Source of the DNA: a virus
Lineage: Duplodnaviria; Caudoviricetes
Strand: one strand, 5' to 3'
DNA: 39,868 nt
IMG/VR virus record: IMGVR_UViG_3300023105_001971
Span: 1-39,868 of that record
Part shown: piece after piece, positions 28,487 through 36,585 of the stretch
How positions within the stretch are numbered: position 1 is the first letter of the stretch
How the letters are laid out: every line of letters starts with the position of its first letter
Translations under genes and position numbers: made by a program
The notes under the pieces: generated by a model
What the model was told of the DNA's origin: nothing
The model's input: the letters and a program-made list of their open reading frames with translations, nothing else
Database searches by the model: none

Positions 28487-29168
28487 GTTGTATACCCCAT
28501 TCTCTTTCCTTGCACCAAAAACATTCACCGCACAACGGCACACGTTGATAAGGTTTATAATTTGTATAATCTAAGTCTGCAAATTCGCCTTCACAACTGC
28601 GAGTAATTTCGAGCAGTTCTCCTATATGGTTATCCATATATTGTTTGATAATCCAGTCTTTACGTACATTGGTAAACGGATGACAAACTGTTACACCCAT
28701 GTGTTCTGTTTCAACTGGCAATCTAGCATAATCTCTATCATCTAAACTGCCTTCAAATTTTTCAGTTGGATTTAGTGTTACACCTGCATACCATGCATCT
28801 AAATTGTGCAAGTGTGCAACATATTCGTTGTGCGCTCGTAGTATAATTCTATTGCCTGACTTGTTTTCACCATACTCGTCAGTGATGTATGTTGTATTGG
28901 GCTCTTCCATTTCAGGAGGTATAAACCCTTCGATATGTTCAATACGATTACTAAACTTTTCTCGAAACCAACTAACAACGTCTTTGGCAATCCAACGTTG
29001 CCACGGGCGTGTTTTCCACATACGCACCTGTGTAGTAAAGTAAATATCGGCAGTAGTGTTACTTAATATAAGATATGCTAGTAACGCACTATCTGCGCCA
29101 CCACTTAAACTGATGCCTATGCGTTTCCATTCTTTTTTTATTGGGATGTAAATTCCGTCGACTTTCAT
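28473..29168 (-). CDS. QueC-like PP-loop (N-type) ATP pyrophosphatase
   Basis: 'ISLSGGADSA' PP-loop, 'PF...K..I', 'TRSC...CGECFWCKER' Zn-binding Cys cluster as in QueC. Confidence 0.75.
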   Translation of the reverse strand: MKVDGIYIPIKKEWKRIGISLSGGADSALLAYLILSNTTADIYFTTQVRMWKTRPWQRWIAKDVVSWFREKFSNRIEHIEGFIPPEMEEPNTTYITDEYGENKSGNRIILRAHNEYVAHLHNLDAWYAGVTLNPTEKFEGSLDDRDYARLPVETEHMGVTVCHPFTNVRKDWIIKQYMDNHIGELLEITRSCEGEFADLDYTNYKPYQRVPLCGECFWCKEREWGIQHAYS

Positions 29169-29173
29169 ACTCT

Positions 29174-29201
29174 ATTATAACACACATCAGTAATGTGTCA
29201 A
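29174..29201 (-). promoter_or_regulatory. Consensus sigma70-type promoter with extended -10, leaderless start of the QueC-like gene
   Basis: Minus strand TTGACA, 16 bp ending in TGT, TATAAT, then 5 nt to ATG 29168. Confidence 0.8.
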
Positions 29202-29993
29202 GTGTCCTATTCCTATGCGTTCTTTAAATTCTTGTGTAAACTTACAGTCAATACGCAATCCATATTCTTGCTGCATACTGTATTCACCGCCATGCCAGTC
29301 TTGATCGTTAAAAAAGCAGGCATGTGAATTTACATAATGTTTGCGTTTATATTCTGGATCCCAAATATAAAAACCTCTTTGTGTATTTGGACGTATGTGT
29401 ATAAACTCAATGTTGTGGTCGGTATAATCGTGTGTATCTGCATCCAAGTCTCTATGCTCAAACGGCTTGCTACTGCTTTCACTTACAAAGAACATCACTC
29501 TGCCAGTGTGTTCTACAATGTTTTTTTCTTTGAGTGCATCTACCCATGCCATAACACCAGGAAAGAATTCACTTTCTGGAGTTGGTTGTCTTGCAACACT
29601 ACCTCTATCTTTCATGTTAGTGCCTTCTTCTTGTAGCACATAATAAATGTAAGGATCGTGCGCACCCATAGCACTTTTTAAATATCTTACAAACAAGTTG
29701 CGTTGTTTATAATCTGTAAAGTCTTTTGGAAAAATAGTGTTACCGTTTAGTTTAATTGGATCGTTTTCGTCAAGTGCTTTGTATTCTTCAAATGCACGGT
29801 ATATAGGTTTCCAATTACAAATGTAACTCATGTCTTTAAAATCAAACCCAGGCGTCATCCATGTGCCTTCTTTTGCATAGTCTCTTGCAAGTGCCATGCC
29901 TTTGCATATCTCTGCATTTAAACTCTTAAATCCTTCAATATCAAGAAATGGATCAAGGTCGATATATGGTTTGTTCTCAAATCCTCTAATCAT
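29187..29993 (-). CDS. Putative 2OG-Fe(II) oxygenase (cupin/double-stranded beta-helix)
   Basis: 'GRVMFF...FEHRD' (HxD), 'FNDQDWHGG...LRIDC' (distal His, Arg); ATG 29993 preferred over track start 30050. Confidence 0.6.
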   Translation of the reverse strand: MIRGFENKPYIDLDPFLDIEGFKSLNAEICKGMALARDYAKEGTWMTPGFDFKDMSYICNWKPIYRAFEEYKALDENDPIKLNGNTIFPKDFTDYKQRNLFVRYLKSAMGAHDPYIYYVLQEEGTNMKDRGSVARQPTPESEFFPGVMAWVDALKEKNIVEHTGRVMFFVSESSSKPFEHRDLDADTHDYTDHNIEFIHIRPNTQRGFYIWDPEYKRKHYVNSHACFFNDQDWHGGEYSMQQEYGLRIDCKFTQEFKERIGIGHLTHY

Positions 29994-29998
29994 GCAAA

Positions 29999-30015
29999 TA
30001 CTTATCCAGTAAATA
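29999..30015. promoter_or_regulatory. Divergent TAA(A/G)TA promoter motifs between two oxygenase genes
   Basis: - strand TAAGTA-TTTGC-ATG (29993); + strand TAAATA-CTGC-ATG (30020); no SD on either side. Confidence 0.6.
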
Positions 30016-30019
30016 CTGC

Positions 30020-30673
30020 ATGATAGCGTCAACTGAATACACTGCAACAACAGAACAGTTTGAATACTTAAAAAGTATATGCAGTACCGAAAACAAAATG
30101 GTGTTAAACAAACCTACTGGTGATTTCTTTTATGATCCGTGGGAAGTGTTACCAGAATATCGAGATACACCTGTTGAACAGTTTTTATCACAATTACCTG
30201 ATATTGGCGAAGCACGTATTATACGACAAGAAAGCGGCACTTGTTATTTTAGTCACAGTGACATTGATGACAGATATCATTTAAATTTAAGTGGCGACTG
30301 TGCTGCACTTATTGACATTACCAAAAACAAAAACTATTTTTTATATCCTGATCAAAAAGTTTATGTAATGAATGCTGGTACAACACACAGTGCAGCAAAC
30401 TTTGGAGAACACACTAGATATCAGTTGGTAATAAGAAAACTATTAGAAAATGTAACATGGACAGACACCACAGTTGAAATACATGCCGGAGGTGAAAATC
30501 CGAGATTTGCATTTGACAAGTATGTTAGTCCGTTGTTAAATGATATGAACAAGCGTAGAATACTTGGCAATTTTCAAGTATTAGAAACTGGCGTTCGATT
30601 AAAAACAACAAAGTATTGGTTTGAAAAATTAAAAGAATCAGTTCCAACTGAATTTAAGTGTATATCAGTTTAG
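30020..30673 (+). CDS. 2OG-Fe(II) oxygenase, AspH-like
   Basis: 'GEARII...CYFSHSDIDDRYHL', 'HSAANFG..RYQLVIR'. Confidence 0.7.
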   Translation: MIASTEYTATTEQFEYLKSICSTENKMVLNKPTGDFFYDPWEVLPEYRDTPVEQFLSQLPDIGEARIIRQESGTCYFSHSDIDDRYHLNLSGDCAALIDITKNKNYFLYPDQKVYVMNAGTTHSAANFGEHTRYQLVIRKLLENVTWTDTTVEIHAGGENPRFAFDKYVSPLLNDMNKRRILGNFQVLETGVRLKTTKYWFEKLKESVPTEFKCISV

Positions 30674-31334
30674 CCTTATCGATAAATTCGTCAGGATAAT
30701 CTCCTCTAAAACTTTCAAGAGTTAATTGCCCGTAAAATTCAAATGGGTATGTGGCATTTATATTAATATCATTTTCTTTACAATATGCTAATAACTTTTC
30801 TTGTCTGCTTTCGCTAATATGATCCAGTACCTGAGATATAGTTATTTCTTGTTCATTGTCTCTATAACAAAAGAAATGATTTATACTGCGTAAAGTGCCG
30901 TCTATTATAAAGTAACTGCTAGGATGTAAACTAAACTTCCAAATTTTACTGTTTCTGTATGCTTGTAAAATGTTTAACATTTGTTCCTGCCAATCAGGAA
31001 GTACAGAATCATAATTTTCTTTATTGCATTTTGCTTGTTGCCAAAAATCTACATCTTGGTATTCAAAAACCAGTTTGCGTTCTACATCATCAATGTGTCT
31101 TAGTTTAGGCATTAAGTTTTCGTATTTGCCAAAAAACAACAAACTAAACTTAAAATCTCTTTCCCATTTTTCTTTTAGTTTTGCTTCGGGTAAACATTGC
31201 CCATTGTGATATTTTTGGTCAGTGGTATAATGACAAGTAAACAATTTGGTAGTTTTGTCAACAAAACTTGTATAAACTAGATTGTTTCTGCAAAGTCCTA
31301 CACCAGGTACATTGTTGTAATAGTATTCAATCAT
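30654..31334 (-). CDS. Hypothetical protein with possible degenerate kinase-like fold
   Basis: 'MPKLRHID...LVFEY', 'KFSLHPSSYFI', 'SINHFF' align positionally with the kinase hinge, catalytic loop and DFG but lack both Asp residues. Confidence 0.45.
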   Translation of the reverse strand: MIEYYYNNVPGVGLCRNNLVYTSFVDKTTKLFTCHYTTDQKYHNGQCLPEAKLKEKWERDFKFSLLFFGKYENLMPKLRHIDDVERKLVFEYQDVDFWQQAKCNKENYDSVLPDWQEQMLNILQAYRNSKIWKFSLHPSSYFIIDGTLRSINHFFCYRDNEQEITISQVLDHISESRQEKLLAYCKENDININATYPFEFYGQLTLESFRGDYPDEFIDKAKLIYT

Positions 31335-32905
31335 TAACTATATAAAGGCAAGAACTTTGGTTCACCGTTTACAGTAATTTGTAACCAACTGTCAGGGGCA
31401 GTTGTATTTGAAGGTTCTACGCCTGTTTCTCCGTCTGTATTAATTTCTGCTAATGTAACATGCAACTTGCCATGATTGTCGTAAATCATATAGTTTGCTT
31501 GTTCTTCGTAGCCACCTGTTACAAAATACAAATCTCCAGGGCACCCTGCTTCTTTCAAGTCAGGTCTAACGTCTGCATCTTCGGGTATTCTTGCATAAAT
31601 TGCTGCAACGTATGATTTAGTTTTAAACAAATCTCCGCCCATGTGTATTGCAGTGCTGTCGTTTGGATTAGCATTTGTGTCAATGATTGCACTATAAACC
31701 AATCCAGGTAATTTTTGTCCTGGTTTAACAGGAACTGGATCTGTTTGTGTACCACCCGACAAGCAAAGTTCCATACCTATTTGTAGCCAATCACGTACAG
31801 GAGGCTCAAATTCTCTAAAGTATCTTAACTCAATTGCTGGTTCGCTGAATACTTTATCTATTTCTATTTTTAAACCGTTGTGATCAAAATTTGCGTTTGG
31901 CAGTTCTAAGCATTCGCCACTTAATTGTTCTGTAAACAAATTAGAAACACTGATACTATTTGACTTAGCATTGTATATTTCTATTCCGTTGTCGTTATAG
32001 ATATTACCTTTGAGATCTACATTGTGTAGCATTCGTTGTTCACTATCAAACAATAATTCGTTTGTAGTTGGATCACAAATATCACCTGCAAATACCCCTG
32101 AAATCTTTTTTGCAACAACTTCGTCTGCTGATACAACTGAAACTGACAATTCGTCGTTATCTAAATTGTACATGCTATTGCCAATTTTGTTTAGAATGTC
32201 ACCGTAAAACGATCCTGTAAAGTCACCTTGTAAACTGTCTATAGTTTTGTGTTCAACATCGATAAAAACGTTGCCTGTACTGTCAACAATGTTACCTAAC
32301 AAGTTACCAAAAAATGTACCTTGGAATGTGTTTGTTTCTGCATTGTAAACTGTTTCGCCATTTCTGTCAGTAAAGTCGCCCACAAATTTACCTGTAAATA
32401 CACCTGTGTTGTGATCATAAGATAGCAATCCGTCACTGGTGTATACATTACCGATTACGTCTTTTTTGATTGCACCAATTTCGTTATCAAAAACTACATT
32501 TCCTTCACGGTCAAGGATACTGCCTTTGACATTTCCTAGCCAAGTGTTATTGGAAATATCTGTTAAAATATCTCCATTGTTATTGTATATGTCTCCGACT
32601 ACGTCACATTTTATAATGTTGGTATCTGTATCGTATACAATATCGCCTTTTTCGTTTACAATATTAGCACGAATTGTATTAGCATCAATATGATAAGTTT
32701 CGATGTCAATGATTTTTCTACCATGCACACCTAGTACATGACCTTTAACATTACCTAGATACTCTCCTAGATCTTGATCGATAAGCAGTTCGCCATCACT
32801 GTTTACAATGTTAGCCATCACTGTGCGATTGTAACTATCAATCATCATGGTGCTGTCTGCACCTACAATATTAATCCTATACGGAGCACCTTCGTAAAGT
32901 TCCAT
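31334..32905 (-). CDS. Acidic Gly/Asn/Asp-rich repeat protein, probable virion fibre/structural protein (523 aa)
   Basis: AAGGAG SD; about 11 repeats of G(N/D)(I/V)x(D/N)xxGxxhxD; C-terminal 'PSNTTAPDSWLQITVNGEPKFLPLY' resembles the ends of phage fibre proteins. Confidence 0.55.
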   Translation of the reverse strand: MELYEGAPYRINIVGADSTMMIDSYNRTVMANIVNSDGELLIDQDLGEYLGNVKGHVLGVHGRKIIDIETYHIDANTIRANIVNEKGDIVYDTDTNIIKCDVVGDIYNNNGDILTDISNNTWLGNVKGSILDREGNVVFDNEIGAIKKDVIGNVYTSDGLLSYDHNTGVFTGKFVGDFTDRNGETVYNAETNTFQGTFFGNLLGNIVDSTGNVFIDVEHKTIDSLQGDFTGSFYGDILNKIGNSMYNLDNDELSVSVVSADEVVAKKISGVFAGDICDPTTNELLFDSEQRMLHNVDLKGNIYNDNGIEIYNAKSNSISVSNLFTEQLSGECLELPNANFDHNGLKIEIDKVFSEPAIELRYFREFEPPVRDWLQIGMELCLSGGTQTDPVPVKPGQKLPGLVYSAIIDTNANPNDSTAIHMGGDLFKTKSYVAAIYARIPEDADVRPDLKEAGCPGDLYFVTGGYEEQANYMIYDNHGKLHVTLAEINTDGETGVEPSNTTAPDSWLQITVNGEPKFLPLYS

Positions 32906-32914
32906 AAAATCTCC

Positions 32915-32943
32915 TTGACAACTTTGCTAGTAGTATATATAAT
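32915..32943 (+). promoter_or_regulatory. Perfect-consensus sigma70-type promoter, leaderless start
   Basis: TTGACA (32915-20), 17 bp, TATAAT (32938-43), then 6 nt to ATG 32950 with no SD. Confidence 0.85.
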
Positions 32944-32949
32944 AGTGAT

Positions 32950-34266
32950 ATGTATGATATAGTCTTTATTGGCAAAAACACAGAAAACTTTGACCTACTA
33001 AAGAAACGATTTCCACTAGCCAAAAAGGCACTTGATGTTAAACAAGCACAGCGTATAAGTTTAACAAAGTTTCTTTGGCTTGTTTGGGATGATGTTGTAG
33101 TGCAAGATGATTTTAACTTTGACTACGTGCCTGATGCGTGGAGTCAAAACGTTATCCATTTGTTTTTAAATGGAGAGCATTATGACGGCATTTGTTTGGT
33201 TCCAAAGTCTATGGATATTACACAAAAAGAAATCGATCATAGATTTTTTGTGTCAAATAAGAAAGTAGAAATACAGGCTAGTAAACCTTGCAAGTTTGAA
33301 GTTTTTGAAACTTTAACATACGAAGATTATCTTGATGCTTTGGAAACAAGCAAATATGATATGTTTTGGATTGTACCAGATTATGTTAATCCTGCAAGGC
33401 ATTTTAAGTTTGACAGTTACTTTAGCCATCTTGGACGTAATACAAACTATGCTTATTTGAATGGCAAATATCATGACGGTATTGTGTTGTGCAGTAAAAA
33501 AGCAAAATTCAGTAGACGTGAATTTGATTACAAATTTATTGCAAACAAAAAAGAAATAGATATTATTGTAAGCACACCTAAACCCTATGACATGGTGTTT
33601 ATCAGTTACCAAGAGCCAAATGCTGATGAAAATTATGAACGTATACTGCAACGTTTTCCAGACTGCAAACGTGTACACGGTGTAAAAGGCATCCACCAAG
33701 CACATATCGAAGGTGCTAAATTGTGTAACACAGATATGTTTTGGATTGTTGACGGTGATGCAATCATTGTAGATGATTTTAACTTTGATTATCAAGTAGC
33801 ACGTTGGGATAAAGAAACTGTGCATGTATGGCGCAGTCAGAATCCGATCAATGATATGGTATATGGTTATGGCGGTGTAAAATTATTTCCAACAGAACTA
33901 ACAATCAATATGGACACTACAAAGCCTGATATGACAACCAGTATCAGCAGCAAGTTTAAAGCAGTGCATGACATTAGCAACATTACAGCATTTAACACAG
34001 ATGCATTTAACAGTTTTAAAAGTGGATTTAGAGAATGCTGTAAATTAAGTTCGAAAGTTATTGATAGACAAAAAGACAATGAAACAAATGAACGCTTGCG
34101 CAAATGGTGTACAATAGGCAGCGATAGACAATACGGTAAGTATGCTATTGCAGGAGCAAAAGCAGGTGCAGCGTATGGTATGTTGCACCAAGGAGATTTA
34201 CAAGCATTGAAAAAAATCAACGACTTTGATTGGCTACAGGAGCAATTTGAAAATGCAAACATTTGA
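32950..34266 (+). CDS. Multi-repeat GT-A/GT2-like glycosyltransferase
   Basis: Three related units (FLWLVWDD, MFWIVPDY, MFWIVDGD); last unit 'DMVFISYQEPNADENY...RVHGVKGIHQAH...YGYGGVKL...SGFRECCKL' homologous to 2598..3539. Confidence 0.7.
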   Translation: MYDIVFIGKNTENFDLLKKRFPLAKKALDVKQAQRISLTKFLWLVWDDVVVQDDFNFDYVPDAWSQNVIHLFLNGEHYDGICLVPKSMDITQKEIDHRFFVSNKKVEIQASKPCKFEVFETLTYEDYLDALETSKYDMFWIVPDYVNPARHFKFDSYFSHLGRNTNYAYLNGKYHDGIVLCSKKAKFSRREFDYKFIANKKEIDIIVSTPKPYDMVFISYQEPNADENYERILQRFPDCKRVHGVKGIHQAHIEGAKLCNTDMFWIVDGDAIIVDDFNFDYQVARWDKETVHVWRSQNPINDMVYGYGGVKLFPTELTINMDTTKPDMTTSISSKFKAVHDISNITAFNTDAFNSFKSGFRECCKLSSKVIDRQKDNETNERLRKWCTIGSDRQYGKYAIAGAKAGAAYGMLHQGDLQALKKINDFDWLQEQFENANI

Positions 34267-35302
34267 ATTATTAGATAGATTTGAATTATTGTATCCGACA
34301 AATACAAAGTTAGCAGACTTGCGTAGAACTTACATTGATAATGATTTAAGTAGTTTATTTAGATTGGTCGATGCTGATGAAGAATTACGAAAAGCAATTT
34401 TAGAAAAAAATCTGCACAGTATTTTTAGACTATTACCAGAAGAACCTGGAGCATTTGGTACTGTAGATGATTTACGCAAAGCAGTAATTGAACAAAACTT
34501 ACATAGTATTTTTAGATTAGTGGATCATGAAGATTTACGTAAGGCAGTAACAGAAGATAATTTACACAGTGTATTTAGATTACTTAACGATGATGATTTG
34601 CGTAAACTTGTATTAGAAGATAATACTTGGAAGTTATGGCCTGTTTTAGAACGTTATGTTAATACACAATTTATTGCAGCATTTAAAAGTTTCTTTGTAA
34701 ACGATGTTGAAATATGGAACGACTGTTTTAGTCGAGGACAAATACAAAGTAAACTATGGTTAATCAACGAACTTAAAAAATGTAAAGTAGATCTAGGCAC
34801 AGTGTATTTGTGTGCAGGTTGGTATGCTACACTTGCTACAATGCTTTTTGAAAGCGGTATGAAGGTAGATAAAATTCGCAGTTTTGATATTGATCCAAGT
34901 TGTGTAGATATTGCTGAAACATTTAATAAACCTTGGTTTGTTGATAATTGGAGGTTTAAAGCAGTTACAAAAGATATTATGCACATTACATATGATGAAC
35001 ACTGGTGGGAAAGTTGGAGCAATGCAAACAACAGGATGAGTAAACCTATACTTGACATACCAGACACTATTATTAATACCAGTTGTGAACATATACCTAA
35101 TTTTGCAGAATGGTATGCTAAGATTCCAGATGGCAAGTTAGTTGTATTACAAAGCAATAACTATTATGAAGTAGAAGAACATGTTAATTGTGTTAAGGAT
35201 ATAAAAGAATTTGGTAATATGGCACGTATGACAGGTCCGTTATATGCAGGAGAATTAGAATTGCCTAAATACAAGAGGTTTATGTTAATTGGATATAAAT
35301 GA
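34253..35302 (+). CDS. Class I methyltransferase-like protein with N-terminal helical tandem repeats
   Basis: ATG 34253 after AGGAG; 'GQIQSKLWL', 'LCAGWYA', 'SFDIDP', 'INTSCEH', 'LQSNN', 'RFMLIG'. Confidence 0.75.
   Translation: MQTFELLDRFELLYPTNTKLADLRRTYIDNDLSSLFRLVDADEELRKAILEKNLHSIFRLLPEEPGAFGTVDDLRKAVIEQNLHSIFRLVDHEDLRKAVTEDNLHSVFRLLNDDDLRKLVLEDNTWKLWPVLERYVNTQFIAAFKSFFVNDVEIWNDCFSRGQIQSKLWLINELKKCKVDLGTVYLCAGWYATLATMLFESGMKVDKIRSFDIDPSCVDIAETFNKPWFVDNWRFKAVTKDIMHITYDEHWWESWSNANNRMSKPILDIPDTIINTSCEHIPNFAEWYAKIPDGKLVVLQSNNYYEVEEHVNCVKDIKEFGNMARMTGPLYAGELELPKYKRFMLIGYK
34337..34624 (+). repeat. Four in-frame ~20-30 aa tandem repeats (NLHSIFRL...DLRKAVxE)
   Basis: DNDLSSLFRLVDADEELRKAILE / KNLHSIFRLLPEEPGAFGTVDDLRKAVIE / QNLHSIFRLVDHEDLRKAVTE / DNLHSVFRLLNDDDLRKLVLEDN; visible in DNA as recurring 'agtatttttaga...gatttacg'. 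Confidence 0.9.
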
Positions 35303-35513
35303 TTTATCAATAAGAGAACTGCAAAAAGAAAGTGCAAGAGCATTGAGTACAATGCAAGCAACAAACAATAATATATGGCAGTTCAACAAACGTGCGCATC
35401 ATAACAGTCATAATTGGTATGTTGCTGTTATTGAATGGTATGTAGAACAGTATGGTGATTTACCTAGTAAGACCGGACCTGGTAAGGATATAAAGTTGGT
35501 ATACGATGTATAG
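35289..35513 (+). CDS. Small hypothetical protein (74 aa)
   Basis: Exactly fills the gap between the methyltransferase and radical SAM genes, overlapping both; GAGG upstream. Confidence 0.6.
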   Translation: MDINDLSIRELQKESARALSTMQATNNNIWQFNKRAHHNSHNWYVAVIEWYVEQYGDLPSKTGPGKDIKLVYDV

Positions 35514-36585
35514 ATACGAAGATATACGTGTTATTCATTTAGAAAACACACAAAACTGTCAAGCAAGTTGTCCTATGTGTGACCGTAATCAAAACGGTGG
35601 TGCACTAAATCCGCATATTGATTTAAGCGAATTAACCTTAGATGATTGTAAACGTATTTTTGAACCTGACTTTATCAAACAACTAAAAACCATGTACATG
35701 TGTGGCAACTTGGGCGATCCTATTGTTGCACGAGATACATTAGAAATATTTCGTTACTTTAGAGAGCACAATGCAGACATGTGGCTTTCGATGAATACAA
35801 ATGCAGGAGCAAAAAGTGTTGAATGGTGGAAAGAACTTGCCCAAGTCTTGGGTAGAATGGGTGCTGTTATTTTTAGCGTGGATGGTCTTAGTGACACTAA
35901 TCATTTATACAGGCAAGGTGTTGTCTGGGACAATGTAGAACGTAATATGCGGGCGTTTATTGACGCTGGCGGCAGAGCACGTTGGGATTTTCTTATTTTT
36001 GAACATAATCAACATCAAGTCGAAGAAGCCGAAGCATTGGCAAATGCATGGGGATGTGAGCGTTTTATCAAAAAGAAAACCGGTAGATTTGTAACTGCAA
36101 GTAGTGAAAAGAAAGAGTCACACCAAGCAGTTGATCGTAAAGGAAATGAAACTACAGAAATTAAAAAACCTGATGAAAAGTTTTTAAACAAAGCACTAAC
36201 CAAACAGGATGCACTGTTAGAAAAGTATGGCACTATGGATGCTTATTACGATGTAGTGCCAATTAATTGTAAAGTCAAAGATGAAGGTAGTTTGTTTATC
36301 ACAGCCGAAGGACTTGCCATGCCTTGTTGTTGGACTGCTGGTAGAATGTACAAGTGGTGGAACCCAGATCCAAAGGTAGAGCAGATATGGAACTTTATCG
36401 ATGCTGTAGGCGGCAAAGATGCTATCAACGCAAAGAAACATGGACTTAAACAGGTGTTTGAAACAGGTATATTTGAAAACATTGAGAGCAGTTGGAACAT
36501 TAAAGGTTGTAGTAATGGCAAACTTAAAGTGTGCAGCATGAAGTGCGGAGTTGAGTTTGATCCGTTTGGAGAACAGTTTAAATGA
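35506..36585 (+). CDS. Radical SAM protein with C-terminal SPASM/twitch-like domain (third subtype)
   Basis: CQASCPMC, 'CGNLGDP' in place of GGEP, 'FSVDG', C-terminal C...PCCW...CSMKC. Confidence 0.9.
   Translation: MYRYEDIRVIHLENTQNCQASCPMCDRNQNGGALNPHIDLSELTLDDCKRIFEPDFIKQLKTMYMCGNLGDPIVARDTLEIFRYFREHNADMWLSMNTNAGAKSVEWWKELAQVLGRMGAVIFSVDGLSDTNHLYRQGVVWDNVERNMRAFIDAGGRARWDFLIFEHNQHQVEEAEALANAWGCERFIKKKTGRFVTASSEKKESHQAVDRKGNETTEIKKPDEKFLNKALTKQDALLEKYGTMDAYYDVVPINCKVKDEGSLFITAEGLAMPCCWTAGRMYKWWNPDPKVEQIWNFIDAVGGKDAINAKKHGLKQVFETGIFENIESSWNIKGCSNGKLKVCSMKCGVEFDPFGEQFK

Noticed and set aside
28473-29168. Assigning queC and a 7-deazaguanine DNA modification system
   Set aside because: Only the fold motifs match; no folE, queD, queE or dpdA in the window
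34337-34624. Tandem repeats as a CRISPR-like or non-coding array
   Set aside because: The units are in frame, diverge mainly at synonymous positions and encode a protein repeat
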